Source of the DNA: a virus
Lineage: Duplodnaviria; Heunggongvirae; Uroviricota; Caudoviricetes
Virus record (IMG/VR): IMGVR_UViG_3300029288_000059
Span: 97,237-161,236 of that record
Direction: 5' to 3' (one strand)
DNA: 64,000 nt
Shown: in pieces, positions 48,752 to 58,879 of the stretch
How positions within the stretch are numbered: position 1 is the first letter of the stretch
How the letters are laid out: the number at the start of each line of letters is the position of its first letter
Made by a program: the position numbers and the translations under genes
Notes under the pieces: generated by a model
The model's database searches: none
Seen by the model: only the letters and a program-made list of their open reading frames with translations
What the model was told of the DNA's origin: nothing

Positions 48752-49297
48752 ATGACTTGTATTGTTGGTTATGTCTATAATGGTATTGTTTATATGGGGA
48801 GTGATAGCCAAGTTACAGAAAATGGACGTATCGACTATATTGAACAAAAGGTATTTTTTAATGTTCATAATAATGAATTCCTAATAGGATTTTGTGGTGA
48901 TTTAAGATACTCGGAACTATTAAGATATTATTTCGTACCCCCACAGAATGAATTCGATTGGGATATTGACCGTTATATTTGTACTGATTTTTGTAGTGGT
49001 ATGCGTAAATGTCTTGTCGATAATGGATATTCTAATCCCAATAACAAGGTTGATGGTGGTTGCAGTTTAATTGGATATAAAGGTAGATTATATCAAATAT
49101 CTTGCGACCATGGTGCTTTCCACTCATCAAGAAAATATAATTCGATAGGTAGTGGTTGTGAATTTGCATTAGGTGCAATGTCCATATTGGATACATTACC
49201 AATATCAAGTTATGAAAAAGTTAGTCGTTCTCTTGAATCTGCAATTGAAGGTAATTTCGGTTGTGGTGGTAATATTACGATATTACAATCTTGTTGA
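48752..49297 (+). CDS. HslV/proteasome-beta-like Ntn peptidase
   Basis: MTCIVG N-terminal Thr, MGSDSQ, KVF, SIGSG..FALGA. Confidence 0.8.
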   Translation: MTCIVGYVYNGIVYMGSDSQVTENGRIDYIEQKVFFNVHNNEFLIGFCGDLRYSELLRYYFVPPQNEFDWDIDRYICTDFCSGMRKCLVDNGYSNPNNKVDGGCSLIGYKGRLYQISCDHGAFHSSRKYNSIGSGCEFALGAMSILDTLPISSYEKVSRSLESAIEGNFGCGGNITILQSC

Positions 49298-49349
49298 CAA
49301 TTTTAACCGTTATCTATATTATAAATTAAAACATAGATAAGGTAACTAA

Positions 49350-49514
49350 TATGCAAAAAAGATATACCTCATTTTCAAATTTCTACCATACCATTAACTT
49401 GGTCGATAATAAGACGGGTAAATCCATTAGGTTAGAAGATGAAGACTATATGGAATATAAAAATAAGATAGAAGATGAAGATGAACAAACTGTAATAGCC
49501 ACATATTTTGAATA
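49350..49514 (+). CDS. 54-aa hypothetical early protein (MQKRYTSF...)
   Basis: Promoter at 49294; AAGG RBS; translated by hand. Confidence 0.5.
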
Positions 49515-49524
49515 GGAGTTAAAA

Positions 49525-49875
49525 ATGAAAATAAGAACTGGATTCGTAAGTAATAGCAGTTCATCTAGTTTTTGTATTATGGGAGTACGAATAGAAGAAG
49601 ATGAATTATTAGCGTTATATAATAAAAATCATCATAATGAACCATATCAAGAAGATGATATTTATTATGGTGATGTGGCTGAGTCTTTACTTAAAGGTAC
49701 TAGTTTAGGATATGACCGTATCAATGAAGGTGATGATTTTACGATAGGGATACCTATTTGTGATATGCTCGATGACGAAACTAAGAATCAATTCAAAGAA
49801 CGCGTTAAAACAGCATTACTCACGATTAACATCAATGAAGAACCAAGTATTATAATTGATGGTGGGTTTAATTAG
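49525..49875 (+). CDS. MKIRxGFVSNSSSSSF-family phage protein
   Basis: Characteristic N-terminal motif. Confidence 0.75.
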   Translation: MKIRTGFVSNSSSSSFCIMGVRIEEDELLALYNKNHHNEPYQEDDIYYGDVAESLLKGTSLGYDRINEGDDFTIGIPICDMLDDETKNQFKERVKTALLTININEEPSIIIDGGFN

Positions 49876-50294
49876 ATGACATTTGAAGAATTAGAATTAA
49901 TATTAGAATCTGAATATCAAGTTAAACTACAACTAAAACCAATATATGATGGATTCAGAAATAATTGTTATTGTGGTAATGATATTATATTCATGGGTGA
50001 ATATGATGACCCCGATATTCTTGTTGCTGGTATTTTCCATGAATTGGGTCATATTTTAAATTCACGTGCTATGTCTAAAAAACGTTCAGACAATATGAGT
50101 ATTATGTCATCAGAGGGGGCTGCATGGGAAACGGGGTTCACTTCACTGAGGCTGCAAAATTAGGATTTAAATGGGATTATAGGTCAAAACAATACGACTA
50201 CGGTCGTGAATGTTTGGCATCGTATGTTAATGGGGAATACGATGACATAAAGGGATATTATAATAAATCAAACAGTGAATATATTAATGATTAG
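49876..50294 (+). pseudogene. HExxH metallopeptidase-like gene frameshifted by a 5-bp duplication
   Basis: FHELGH, EGAAW; TTCAC duplicated at 50137-50146; removing one copy restores GFTEAAKLGFKW...CLASY to a stop at 50294. Confidence 0.6.
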
Positions 50295-50522
50295 TTCGGT
50301 AGGAGCTTGAAGATACCCCAAATCATCCAACTTACCCATTTCAGTCAAATTTGATATATTCAAATCGTTCCTACTAAACAATAATGCAGAACGATTTGAA
50401 TATGTACCGTCCTCGTTTGGGTAATACTCTTCATACAATGGTATATCATTAATTGATAGACAGGCAACGATATACCCATCCTTATGTTTGTAAAGATAAT
50501 CGTCTTTAATGATATCGACCAT
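50268..50522 (-). CDS. Hypothetical protein
   Basis: Open frame downstream of 50544..50735. Confidence 0.45.
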   Translation of the reverse strand: MVDIIKDDYLYKHKDGYIVACLSINDIPLYEEYYPNEDGTYSNRSALLFSRNDLNISNLTEMGKLDDLGYLQAPTELIINIFTV

Positions 50523-50543
50523 TTTTAATTTCTTATGTACGGG

Positions 50544-50735
50544 TTATAATTCGGGAGTTAATTTATGTAAGGCATCTCGTTCATTACGCACTTCATCAAC
50601 AGTCATCGTTTTCAACTGCGTGATATATTTGCGTTTCTGAAATAGGATACCATCCCTTTGTGAGATATATCCTTTCAGATTGACGCATTGTTTTATGAAC
50701 GTCTCATGTGTGGTTATTATTTTCCGTCTACTCAT
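50544..50735 (-). CDS. Hypothetical early protein
   Basis: AAGGAG RBS; preceded by the -10 half of the early promoter. Confidence 0.6.
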   Translation of the reverse strand: MSRRKIITTHETFIKQCVNLKGYISQRDGILFQKRKYITQLKTMTVDEVRNERDALHKLTPEL

Positions 50736-50773
50736 TGTAATTACTCCTTATTACTGTTTATAATATAAGTATA

Positions 50774-50895
50774 ACAGTCACTTAAACCAATACATTATTA
50801 ACATTGTATTGTTTTAAGTTTATTTGGAGATGGGGACTGTAAACTCCCATCACTTAATCTATCTAGATAGGTACTATCACTGAATATGCCATCGG
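50774..50895 (-). ncRNA. Putative omegaRNA scaffold (3' part) / element right end overlapping the tnpB 3' end
   Basis: Hairpins CTATCTAGATAG, GATGGG..CCCATC and CTTAAAACAATACA/TGTATTGGTTTAAG; boundary defined by the second copy. Confidence 0.65.
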
Positions 50896-52153
50896 TAGTC
50901 CAGTAAAACCCTTTTCTATTCAAATTAAGTTTGCGGATATTCCACGGGATTTCAGGCAAATCCATACTTAGATTGATAGATGCATTTAAGTCTGCATCTA
51001 TACCTAAACCACAATTATGGCACGTATAGGTTTTACCTTTCCGATTCGACTTCCGCACTTGTCCACAACAACTACATCTTTGACTTCGGTAAGTAGATGC
51101 CTGTTTCTCCACTCGGACCCCGAGTGATTCACAAACAGACAACAACTTGTCTCTGATTATAGTATTCTGCCAATGTTTTAACATTGAACTCGAATTTGTT
51201 TTATAATTAATGTTCCATATATCTTCTAAATTGACTTGTTTTATGTTATTAAAATTGAGTTGATTTATCGACCAATTAACAAAATTAACTTGGTGCTGTT
51301 TAGCACGTTTAAATGCGTTACTACCTCTTTTCTTCCGACATACCTTGTCTAATATGGATTTTTGAGTATGTCCATGTATATCCGTTTTAGTGGTGACTTG
51401 TGTATCTGATAGTGTCAGTACGTCCAATACTCCTTGGTCGGCACCAATGATACTACCAGTAGTACGTAAGGAAGGAGATGGGATGTCCCATCTAATATCT
51501 ACTTTCTTTGGTGTTATTAGGAAAGAGGACATCATCTTACCAATAATTTTGAATTTATTAGAGTGACGTGTCATATTAATAGGAATACATATATTCATTT
51601 TATCTTTAGTGATAGAAGTAATGTGTAAAAAGCCATCAAATTCATTGAATTCATTGTTATTTTTATTAGTATTATAGAATTTACAGCATATCGAGTTCAG
51701 TTCCATGTTGATATTAGTACAAGTGGGCTTTTGTGGTATATTCTGCTTTATTTTCTTAATCAGTTGTGATAATTGCTTTTTTGTATATCCATCTTGCTTT
51801 AATTTATTATATTGATATATACGTTTTCTTTGTTTATCGGTACTTGCTTTAAGTATACCATTCACTTGTCCGATAATGCATTTAAGGCATCTACTTGTTA
51901 AAAATGTATTAATATCTGCCAATTCTAGTATATTGGTAGGGAGGTATGTAGGTAAATCAAATAGATTACGTGATACATCAAAAGTCGTAGTATGTAATAT
52001 ATTATTTGATTTATATGTAGTAATAACCGGGTTATCCCAACAATAGTCTATTAGTAGTGAACATACTCTTATATACTCATTATGTAGTATAGCTAAGTTA
52101 GATAACTTACCTGTATTGCTATTTTGTATAGTATGAGTACTCGTACGTATCAT
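50798..52153 (-). CDS. tnpB: TnpB (IS200/IS605/IS607-type RNA-guided nuclease), no TnpA seen
   Basis: RuvC-I GADQG, RuvC-II LEDI, SQRCSCCG..CHNCG zinc finger, RuvC-III DADLNAS. Confidence 0.9.
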   Translation of the reverse strand: MIRTSTHTIQNSNTGKLSNLAILHNEYIRVCSLLIDYCWDNPVITTYKSNNILHTTTFDVSRNLFDLPTYLPTNILELADINTFLTSRCLKCIIGQVNGILKASTDKQRKRIYQYNKLKQDGYTKKQLSQLIKKIKQNIPQKPTCTNINMELNSICCKFYNTNKNNNEFNEFDGFLHITSITKDKMNICIPINMTRHSNKFKIIGKMMSSFLITPKKVDIRWDIPSPSLRTTGSIIGADQGVLDVLTLSDTQVTTKTDIHGHTQKSILDKVCRKKRGSNAFKRAKQHQVNFVNWSINQLNFNNIKQVNLEDIWNINYKTNSSSMLKHWQNTIIRDKLLSVCESLGVRVEKQASTYRSQRCSCCGQVRKSNRKGKTYTCHNCGLGIDADLNASINLSMDLPEIPWNIRKLNLNRKGFYWTTDGIFSDSTYLDRLSDGSLQSPSPNKLKTIQC

Positions 52154-52307
52154 ATCATATAACTTCCTTATTATTTAAAGTTAGTATGTACTTCATTAGT
52201 AAGTAAGTCAATATATTATTTATATACAAATAATGTTGTATTATGTTATAAAAGGTAATAGATTATATAATGTTAATTAACACATCATAAGGAGTAGTCA
52301 ATACTAA

Positions 52308-52799
52308 TCATACGAAAAAGTAATTTTCTTTTTGATTTAACCAATCATCAAGTGTAACTACGAAGAATGTCTTATATGGGATATTACAAATCCCCTCAAT
52401 CTTATTTTCAATAATAACAAATTCACTAACACGATTGTATTTGATAATCACCGCCATCTCTTTATTAGAATTTTTACTATCTTGTCCCGCTTGTTCAATC
52501 CATTCATCCCATTGTTTACAATATTGAGTAATAAGACTATTGATATGGGGTGGTTCTTTATAGAACTTACATTCTAATGAAAATTTAAAGGTATCAGGAC
52601 AGATGATATCACCAAGTGTAGCTTTTGATGTATCATATGTTTCTAATCGTTTTTGATTAGTTCTACCAAAGAATGCACCACTATCAATGTTACGTCTAAA
52701 TGAGTTTGATAATCCAGTGTACTCTTCAAACCGTTTAGACAATCTGATTGCAATTGCTCGTTCATTCGATGAACCTTTTTGTTTAGAATTAACAGCCAT
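52308..52799 (-). CDS. Holliday junction resolvase-like PD-(D/E)xK nuclease (start MAVNSK)
   Basis: NSKQKGSSNER, SGAFFG, GDII, SLECK. Confidence 0.8.
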   Translation of the reverse strand: MAVNSKQKGSSNERAIAIRLSKRFEEYTGLSNSFRRNIDSGAFFGRTNQKRLETYDTSKATLGDIICPDTFKFSLECKFYKEPPHINSLITQYCKQWDEWIEQAGQDSKNSNKEMAVIIKYNRVSEFVIIENKIEGICNIPYKTFFVVTLDDWLNQKENYFFV

Positions 52800-52860
52800 T
52801 TTAAAATCCTTAAAAAACAAAATAGTAAATATAGTATATTTATAAAGTGGGGAAAATACA

Positions 52861-53937
52861 ATGTCTAATATTGTCATTGAACGATTGAAGAAGATTTATA
52901 ACATAGACGATTTAAGATGGGAACGAGTTGAAAAACAAATCAACCCACAGTTAAGTCAACTTATTGAATTAAGTCTTATATTAGATGATGATAACGACCA
53001 TAAGACGGAACTAACTAAATTCATTAGTAAGAATCCAAACTTCGGTGTATTAAATAGTTTGAATGAATCAATAGTTGATGGTGAATGGTCAATGTATGAT
53101 ACACCGAAGTTATATCAACTACTACATAACCTTAATACTTGTAAGCACGTATTAGAGCGGGAACATAAGATTGATAGAGTAATTCAATCAATAGTTAAAG
53201 AATTGAATAATAGAGAAGGACAAGAATTAACGGAAGCTACTCCTATTCCGCCAACACAACCCCTAAGTTTATCTGATTTACAAAGGAAAGATACTCAGTT
53301 TAAAACATTACCAAAAGATAAAGATGTTGTAGTTACTGACCCTAAAACTAAAAAAGCAGAAACTAATAAATTTGTTGGGGTTGTAGCAGATAAGACTAAT
53401 CCTAATGATGTTAATAAAAAACAAGTTGTAGTTAAAAAGTCGGATGGTACTGTTGATATTAAGAATCTAAACGATGTTAGTTTAATGGAGAATATATTAA
53501 TTATGCGCACCAATCAAGAAGATAGAATGTTTAAGGCGATATTAACCACTAATAATAAGATGTATAAGACACGTTTAAAGTCGATGTATAAGAAGTTAGC
53601 TCATAAAATGTGCAGTAAGGGAATCCTTAATCGATACGAGGATGAAGGGGGTGTATACTATACTGTTACGAAGACACAACAACCTACTACAAACGTAAAC
53701 AAACAATTAACGGGTGATTACTTGTATAAAGGAGTAGATGGTGATTATAATTTATGTTGGGAAGCCGACTTAGCAGATAATGGTCAAATTATAGATTTTA
53801 ATGTATATTGTAATGGACAACCATTTATAACTGATAATTTAACTGTATTGGATTTGAAGGATAAATTCATTAAACCACTGATGGAAGTCTTAATGGATGA
53901 GATGGAAGAAAAATATAAGAAATTATCTAATGAATAA
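52861..53937 (+). CDS. Hypothetical protein, possibly head-associated
   Basis: Long ORF with LNE/LTE/LME motifs between segments. Confidence 0.65.
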   Translation: MSNIVIERLKKIYNIDDLRWERVEKQINPQLSQLIELSLILDDDNDHKTELTKFISKNPNFGVLNSLNESIVDGEWSMYDTPKLYQLLHNLNTCKHVLEREHKIDRVIQSIVKELNNREGQELTEATPIPPTQPLSLSDLQRKDTQFKTLPKDKDVVVTDPKTKKAETNKFVGVVADKTNPNDVNKKQVVVKKSDGTVDIKNLNDVSLMENILIMRTNQEDRMFKAILTTNNKMYKTRLKSMYKKLAHKMCSKGILNRYEDEGGVYYTVTKTQQPTTNVNKQLTGDYLYKGVDGDYNLCWEADLADNGQIIDFNVYCNGQPFITDNLTVLDLKDKFIKPLMEVLMDEMEEKYKKLSNE

Positions 53938-54279
53938 GTTATTACGTTTATTATGTCTTAGTTCTTTTACGGGTAAGTCATTATACATAATAATGGCGTA
54001 ATCAACCATACCAATCGCAACTTCCTTAGTAATATCAAACCATTCACCACTTAACCGTTTATGAGTTAAGTTTCTATGTATGAGTGATTCAATAATCAAT
54101 GCTTTCTCACGTGATTCAATAACGGTAGTATAATGTAGTATTAGTTTATTGGAATTACTAGTTTGTAATGTCTTCAACCTCTTCGTCGGGTTGGAAGATA
54201 TGCCAATCTTTTGATGCCCATTTTCAATTCCAATTACATATATAAAACATTGTTTATTCATTAATATCTTACTAACCAT
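53923..54279 (-). CDS. GIY-YIG T5orf172/MUG113-like nuclease domain
   Basis: FIYVI, KIGIS..P.KRL..LQT, E..IH, GEWF. Confidence 0.85.
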   Translation of the reverse strand: MVSKILMNKQCFIYVIGIENGHQKIGISSNPTKRLKTLQTSNSNKLILHYTTVIESREKALIIESLIHRNLTHKRLSGEWFDITKEVAIGMVDYAIIMYNDLPVKELRHNKRNNLFIR

Positions 54280-54357
54280 TATTTAAAAACTGTTGTAACT
54301 TTAACGTCTTTAGTTTATTGTTCATTTATCGTTATGTCAAAATGAATAAGGTGAAGT

Positions 54358-55605
54358 ATGAACATATTTGAATCGTTATTAAATAATCCAGTTGCAACAG
54401 GGATAGTTTATAGCTCCATGATTGGATGGATTGGATATCAAGTTAAAGATATACCAATGAAAATCATTAATTTTATTAAACCACTCATAACATATCATGT
54501 AGAGATTCCACAAGACGGGGGTACGAGACCATATAGAATTATTGACCGTTTAACTATGAAGTATACTCCATTATTTAATAACGAATTGATGATGGTTAGT
54601 ACGGTTACGCAGGATGCGTTTCTTCTTGTGGGTAATATGTTGGAACCAACGAAATGTAAAAGCGCAATTAGTGGAATTCAAACTACTTGTGGTATTGGTA
54701 CTAATATCTACTATATAAATGGAATGTTATTATTGATAACTAAATCAAAACAGCAGAAACAAAATAGAGACTATGATGTTTATGATTATAATATCACAAT
54801 GTTTATTTGGAATAAGACTAAGTTTTATGAATTAATACAAACGGAGTATGATGTATTAGATAAGGAATCAACTCATATTAAAGATTATTCTTTCGGTTTA
54901 GATAGTAACAATAATGCAAGTTATTTTAAATATGAAGTTACATATCGTACTATTGATACTATATTCAATGAACATACGACATCGATTACAAATGATTTAT
55001 CTAATTTTATCACTAATCGGTCTTTTTATAATTCATTAGGGGTACCTTATCATAGAGGTTATATGTTCCATGGTACTCCGGGTACTGGTAAGACTAGTAT
55101 GATTAATGTCTTAGCAACCAATTTTAACATTCCGATATTTAAGATTAATTTAACTATGTTGAACGACATGACATTTATCTCAATACGGAACCTTATTAAG
55201 GAAGTAGTCGCTGAAAATAGATATAAACTGTTTTTAGTTGTCTATGAAGATATTGATTGCATGAATCTATCTACTCGTGATAGTAAGGATAAAGAAACTG
55301 TTTCATTAAGTACAATACTGAATTTCTTAGATGGTACCGATAGCATTAATGGTATGATAACTATAATGACTAGTAATGATATATCAAATTTAGACCCTGC
55401 AATGTTAAGAAAAGGACGAATTGATAAAACTTATGAGTTTAGAAACTTAACACCTACTTTGGCACAAGAGATGGTTAAACGATTTATTCCCGATAGTAAA
55501 CTAACGTTTATTAACCCCATTAATCCAACCATTTTACAAGGAATTATAATTGATAATATAGAACAACAAGGTGAATTAGAAACATCATTGAATGGGTATA
55601 TTTAA
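54358..55605 (+). CDS. BCS1-like AAA ATPase with N-terminal membrane segment
   Basis: GVPYHRGYMFHGTPGTGKTS, YEDID, LSTILNFLDG, LDPAMLRKGRID. Confidence 0.85.
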   Translation: MNIFESLLNNPVATGIVYSSMIGWIGYQVKDIPMKIINFIKPLITYHVEIPQDGGTRPYRIIDRLTMKYTPLFNNELMMVSTVTQDAFLLVGNMLEPTKCKSAISGIQTTCGIGTNIYYINGMLLLITKSKQQKQNRDYDVYDYNITMFIWNKTKFYELIQTEYDVLDKESTHIKDYSFGLDSNNNASYFKYEVTYRTIDTIFNEHTTSITNDLSNFITNRSFYNSLGVPYHRGYMFHGTPGTGKTSMINVLATNFNIPIFKINLTMLNDMTFISIRNLIKEVVAENRYKLFLVVYEDIDCMNLSTRDSKDKETVSLSTILNFLDGTDSINGMITIMTSNDISNLDPAMLRKGRIDKTYEFRNLTPTLAQEMVKRFIPDSKLTFINPINPTILQGIIIDNIEQQGELETSLNGYI

Positions 55606-55620
55606 TATGTGAAGTATTTG

Positions 55621-55660
55621 TTGACTTTATAATTTAAACTGTTATACTTAAATTATAAAC
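55621..55660 (+). promoter_or_regulatory. Phage early promoter motif
   Basis: TTGACT-16nt-TATACT-TAAATTATAAAC. Confidence 0.75.
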
Positions 55661-55679
55661 CAACATAAGGAATAAACAA

Positions 55680-55847
55680 ATGGAAAAATATTTAATTGAA
55701 AAATGCATTGAGTATATGGTACAAATTCAACCAGGTACTGATGTTCATGAGTATACAAAATCCTTAGAAGGTTATGGTGAAGGATTAGTAGATGAATTAA
55801 TTACATTAGTCAAAGAGTATGCACTTATTGAGCAACGAACCGATTAG
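55680..55847 (+). CDS. 55-aa hypothetical early protein (MEKYLIEK...)
   Basis: AAGGA RBS after the promoter; translated by hand. Confidence 0.55.
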   Translation: MEKYLIEKCIEYMVQIQPGTDVHEYTKSLEGYGEGLVDELITLVKEYALIEQRTD

Positions 55848-55856
55848 GAGGTTAAT

Positions 55857-56075
55857 ATGGATATCAATCATTGTTCGAAATGCGGATGTACTCATCCAGT
55901 TGGACGAAATGGATACTTTGATTACGAAAATGTAATACCATGCTCTGTCCATTGCCCTGAATGTGGTGAATCGGTATCCATTAAACCACCATATGACGAT
56001 TGGGATATAATACGGGAGACGATGGAAGACGTTATTGAACGATGGAATAAGGGTGAGTATGATGATAAAGATTAA
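55857..56075 (+). CDS. Lar-like zinc-ribbon protein
   Basis: CSKCG...VHCPECG...IERWN; AGGAGG RBS. Confidence 0.6.
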   Translation: MDINHCSKCGCTHPVGRNGYFDYENVIPCSVHCPECGESVSIKPPYDDWDIIRETMEDVIERWNKGEYDDKD

Positions 56076-56358
56076 ATTTAATATCGTGCATGATAAAATT
56101 TTAAATATCCTATACCGAATTGTTTTCATCGTATCACTATTATTGTTATTAGATATAATAGCAAATAACAGTCCACTCATTCTTCACGTCATTTACTTCA
56201 TTATGTTTAATATATGGTGGTATGGTTTCTGTACATCATGCTACGATTATTATTGTGAAGTTAAGAATAAAAAGTTTTACTTCCCTAATATAGACTTTTG
56301 GGATGTAGTGGTTATCGGCACATTATTGTATACTATAATTATGCGTATAAGGGGTTGA
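56059..56358 (+). CDS. Membrane protein
   Basis: Three hydrophobic segments. Confidence 0.5.
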   Translation: MMIKIKFNIVHDKILNILYRIVFIVSLLLLLDIIANNSPLILHVIYFIMFNIWWYGFCTSCYDYYCEVKNKKFYFPNIDFWDVVVIGTLLYTIIMRIRG

Positions 56359-56363
56359 TAGAC

Positions 56364-56654
56364 ATGAATAATAATAATCGGAAAAACATTATGTTTGTGA
56401 TATGCATTATTGTTATATCAATGATTGTCCCATGTTGGCAGTATTATCAATTTAATAAACAGAGGGAAGAACGTTTACAAAGAGAAAGATACGAGTATGA
56501 ACATCGTACATTAAACGTAACAATGTTTAGAAATTGTATTGACTATGTTGTTGATTTACCATTAACTGCCGACCAAGTAATCCGTTGTACCGAATTAGTT
56601 CCATCTGATTCACATTATGACAAATATCTGAAGGGTAACCACGATGACAAATGA
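56364..56654 (+). CDS. Membrane-anchored hypothetical protein
   Basis: N-terminal TM; start MNNNNRK. Confidence 0.5.
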   Translation: MNNNNRKNIMFVICIIVISMIVPCWQYYQFNKQREERLQRERYEYEHRTLNVTMFRNCIDYVVDLPLTADQVIRCTELVPSDSHYDKYLKGNHDDK

Positions 56655-57015
56655 CGCCGATACTATAAAAATGACTAACTTCTGTGTACGCAAGGTACCT
56701 GAATGGGATAATATATTGGATGATTATATGCGTATAACAGAGGATTATATGAATACGGTTGAGTTTATTAAGGAGTTATATTACCTTACTGAATCGATAT
56801 CAAGTATCGTGGTTGGTAATTCTATGTACCTACGTCGTGATAACGTACCAATAGAACTATTCAATATATGTAATGATATATCTGGCATTTTACAAATGAT
56901 GAGTGAATTCACGATGAACAAGGGACGAATTGAGTATATACGGAATTGTATTACAGAAAATCGTGCCAAACGTATTCCTTATGTTGATACTTATATCGGG
57001 AATTATATAATTTAA
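56644..57015 (+). CDS. Hypothetical protein
   Basis: Coupled to the upstream gene; weak similarity to the next gene. Confidence 0.55.
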   Translation: MTNDADTIKMTNFCVRKVPEWDNILDDYMRITEDYMNTVEFIKELYYLTESISSIVVGNSMYLRRDNVPIELFNICNDISGILQMMSEFTMNKGRIEYIRNCITENRAKRIPYVDTYIGNYII

Positions 57016-57041
57016 ACATAACAAGTAATAGGAGTGGATAA

Positions 57042-57491
57042 ATGGTAAATGATATGGAATTATTAGAAAAGAAAATTGAATCTTTAAAACTTCAATTGGA
57101 AGTTGCTAATTTAGAATTAGATAAACTTAAAGAAACAACTCCCATTCGTGAATATCCTCCAATTAACGTTGAGGAAGTAACTGGTTATATTAAATCATGG
57201 ATTAAAGACTTCGATTACATAATTGGAAGATATACTTCATTAACTGATAATTTTGTGAAATGTGATGCGTTCGTTACAGACTTATACGATTTGGCACATT
57301 TAGCTCGTGGTTATTACCAACAACGGGAACGGGATGCATCGAGTTTTATCCATCTCATGCCATATTCATTATTATCCCAATTCAATAAGCGTAGGACAAT
57401 AGTACATAACATTAGTAATGTTATTAATGATATGACGGTTATTCTTGATATTCGAACAGATATTAAAAATTTGAATATGGGGATAGGTTAG
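57042..57491 (+). CDS. Hypothetical protein
   Basis: GGAG RBS; coiled N-terminus. Confidence 0.6.
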   Translation: MVNDMELLEKKIESLKLQLEVANLELDKLKETTPIREYPPINVEEVTGYIKSWIKDFDYIIGRYTSLTDNFVKCDAFVTDLYDLAHLARGYYQQRERDASSFIHLMPYSLLSQFNKRRTIVHNISNVINDMTVILDIRTDIKNLNMGIG

Positions 57492-57492
57492 A

Positions 57493-57729
57493 ATGGATAT
57501 AGCAATAGAAACAATAACTCTCTGTCTTATTGCCGTTGGTGATGTTTGTGAGAAACGATTTGGCGACGGCGATGAACGAGTACCGAAATTATTGTCCATT
57601 ATAACGGACGCATTAACGTACATTAATGATAATAAGGAACATTTTATCGCGAGTGAATTTACGACATACCACCCATTGGCAATGAATCTCGTAAATGATT
57701 TTATAAAGGATATGGAAAATGAACTTTAG
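57493..57729 (+). CDS. Hypothetical protein
   Basis: Operonic spacing. Confidence 0.55.
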   Translation: MDIAIETITLCLIAVGDVCEKRFGDGDERVPKLLSIITDALTYINDNKEHFIASEFTTYHPLAMNLVNDFIKDMENEL

Positions 57730-58528
57730 TCAATGTATAGATAGTCTTATTAAAACTAATGGGGTTAATGGTGATAAACCAGTAAAAGTTATTAAAGACT
57801 TAACTGAATTTCGTGATAAACATCCAAGTTTGTATAGTCGGAGTGTACAAGATATCGTGAGTTGTTCTGTCCCCGGTACATTAATCGATAATAGCTTACT
57901 ACCCATAGGAGCCCCATATATCTATCTTTTTGTTAAACAAAGAGTGGCTGTAATTGGGATGTATAAGAAGGAATTAGCCAATAGATGTACAGTATGTTTT
58001 AATTGTAACGATAATAAGTGCATTAAGTATATTGCGGATAGAAGAATGACTAGTATAATAAAACCTGTTCTTAATTCATTGAGGGATTTAAATCAAGGGA
58101 CCGAACATAATAAAGGAAGTAGTTATTGGTACTCTCAGGATAGTATGGAGTACAAAACACCATGGAATATGCCGTGGTTAACAACGAACTTGTGGTTTAC
58201 AGAAATCGGTATTAGTTGTGGTAGTAAATTTATAATGTCACTTATGATTCCAGAGTTAATTGACGGATTTAGTGTTTGGCAGCCGATAGACTTATGGGAT
58301 ATGACGATATACAACAATACTATTGGTATCCATCGTAATGACCGTTCTATTGATGGACACACATACAGCATGAAGGATAGACAAGGTAAGATAATAAATC
58401 ATATAGAAAATAGAATTCACGTATCCACGATAGTAAATTCTATCATTGATTTACCTTTAATGTCATCGTATATACGTAAAACAAGTGATGTCCCTTATAG
58501 TCATTCGCACTGCCCTTTGGGTGCTTAG
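57719..58528 (+). CDS. Hypothetical protein
   Basis: Long ORF, overlapping start. Confidence 0.6.
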   Translation: MNFSQCIDSLIKTNGVNGDKPVKVIKDLTEFRDKHPSLYSRSVQDIVSCSVPGTLIDNSLLPIGAPYIYLFVKQRVAVIGMYKKELANRCTVCFNCNDNKCIKYIADRRMTSIIKPVLNSLRDLNQGTEHNKGSSYWYSQDSMEYKTPWNMPWLTTNLWFTEIGISCGSKFIMSLMIPELIDGFSVWQPIDLWDMTIYNNTIGIHRNDRSIDGHTYSMKDRQGKIINHIENRIHVSTIVNSIIDLPLMSSYIRKTSDVPYSHSHCPLGA

Positions 58529-58574
58529 CGTAACGTTGTTAATCTTGTATATAGTCTGATGAAAGGTATGGAAA

Positions 58575-58829
58575 ATGGTTAAGGTTATTAAAACTTTTGA
58601 ATGTAGTTATTGTAATGAAAGATTTGATAATAAAGCGGATGCGATTGAACATGAAAATAGTTGTTTTTATAATACAAAACGAAAACAATGTTCAACCTGT
58701 AATCATTGTCGAATTCATTATGGTTCACATGAGTATAGTGATGTCGTACAAGGTTATACTTGTAGATTGACCTATGATTATTCCGAATCTGGTAAACGTA
58801 ATTGTAAGTACTATGTAAGTACTATGTAG
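58575..58829 (+). CDS. Cys-rich zinc-finger protein
   Basis: FECSYC..F....A..HE..C and CSTCNHC. Confidence 0.65.
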   Translation: MVKVIKTFECSYCNERFDNKADAIEHENSCFYNTKRKQCSTCNHCRIHYGSHEYSDVVQGYTCRLTYDYSESGKRNCKYYVSTM

Positions 58830-58879
58830 GTTGATATTTTAGTTAATTGGTTACTATTAATTTTAGTAACCAATTAACT

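Noticed and set aside
50700-52300. Cas12f-type CRISPR locus or complete IS with TnpA
   Set aside because: No repeat-spacer array and no Y1 or serine transposase nearby; the left end could not be defined
55806-56180. Minus-strand ORF, and similar short antisense or alternate-frame ORFs in the track
   Set aside because: They overlap better-supported genes that have RBSs and motifs
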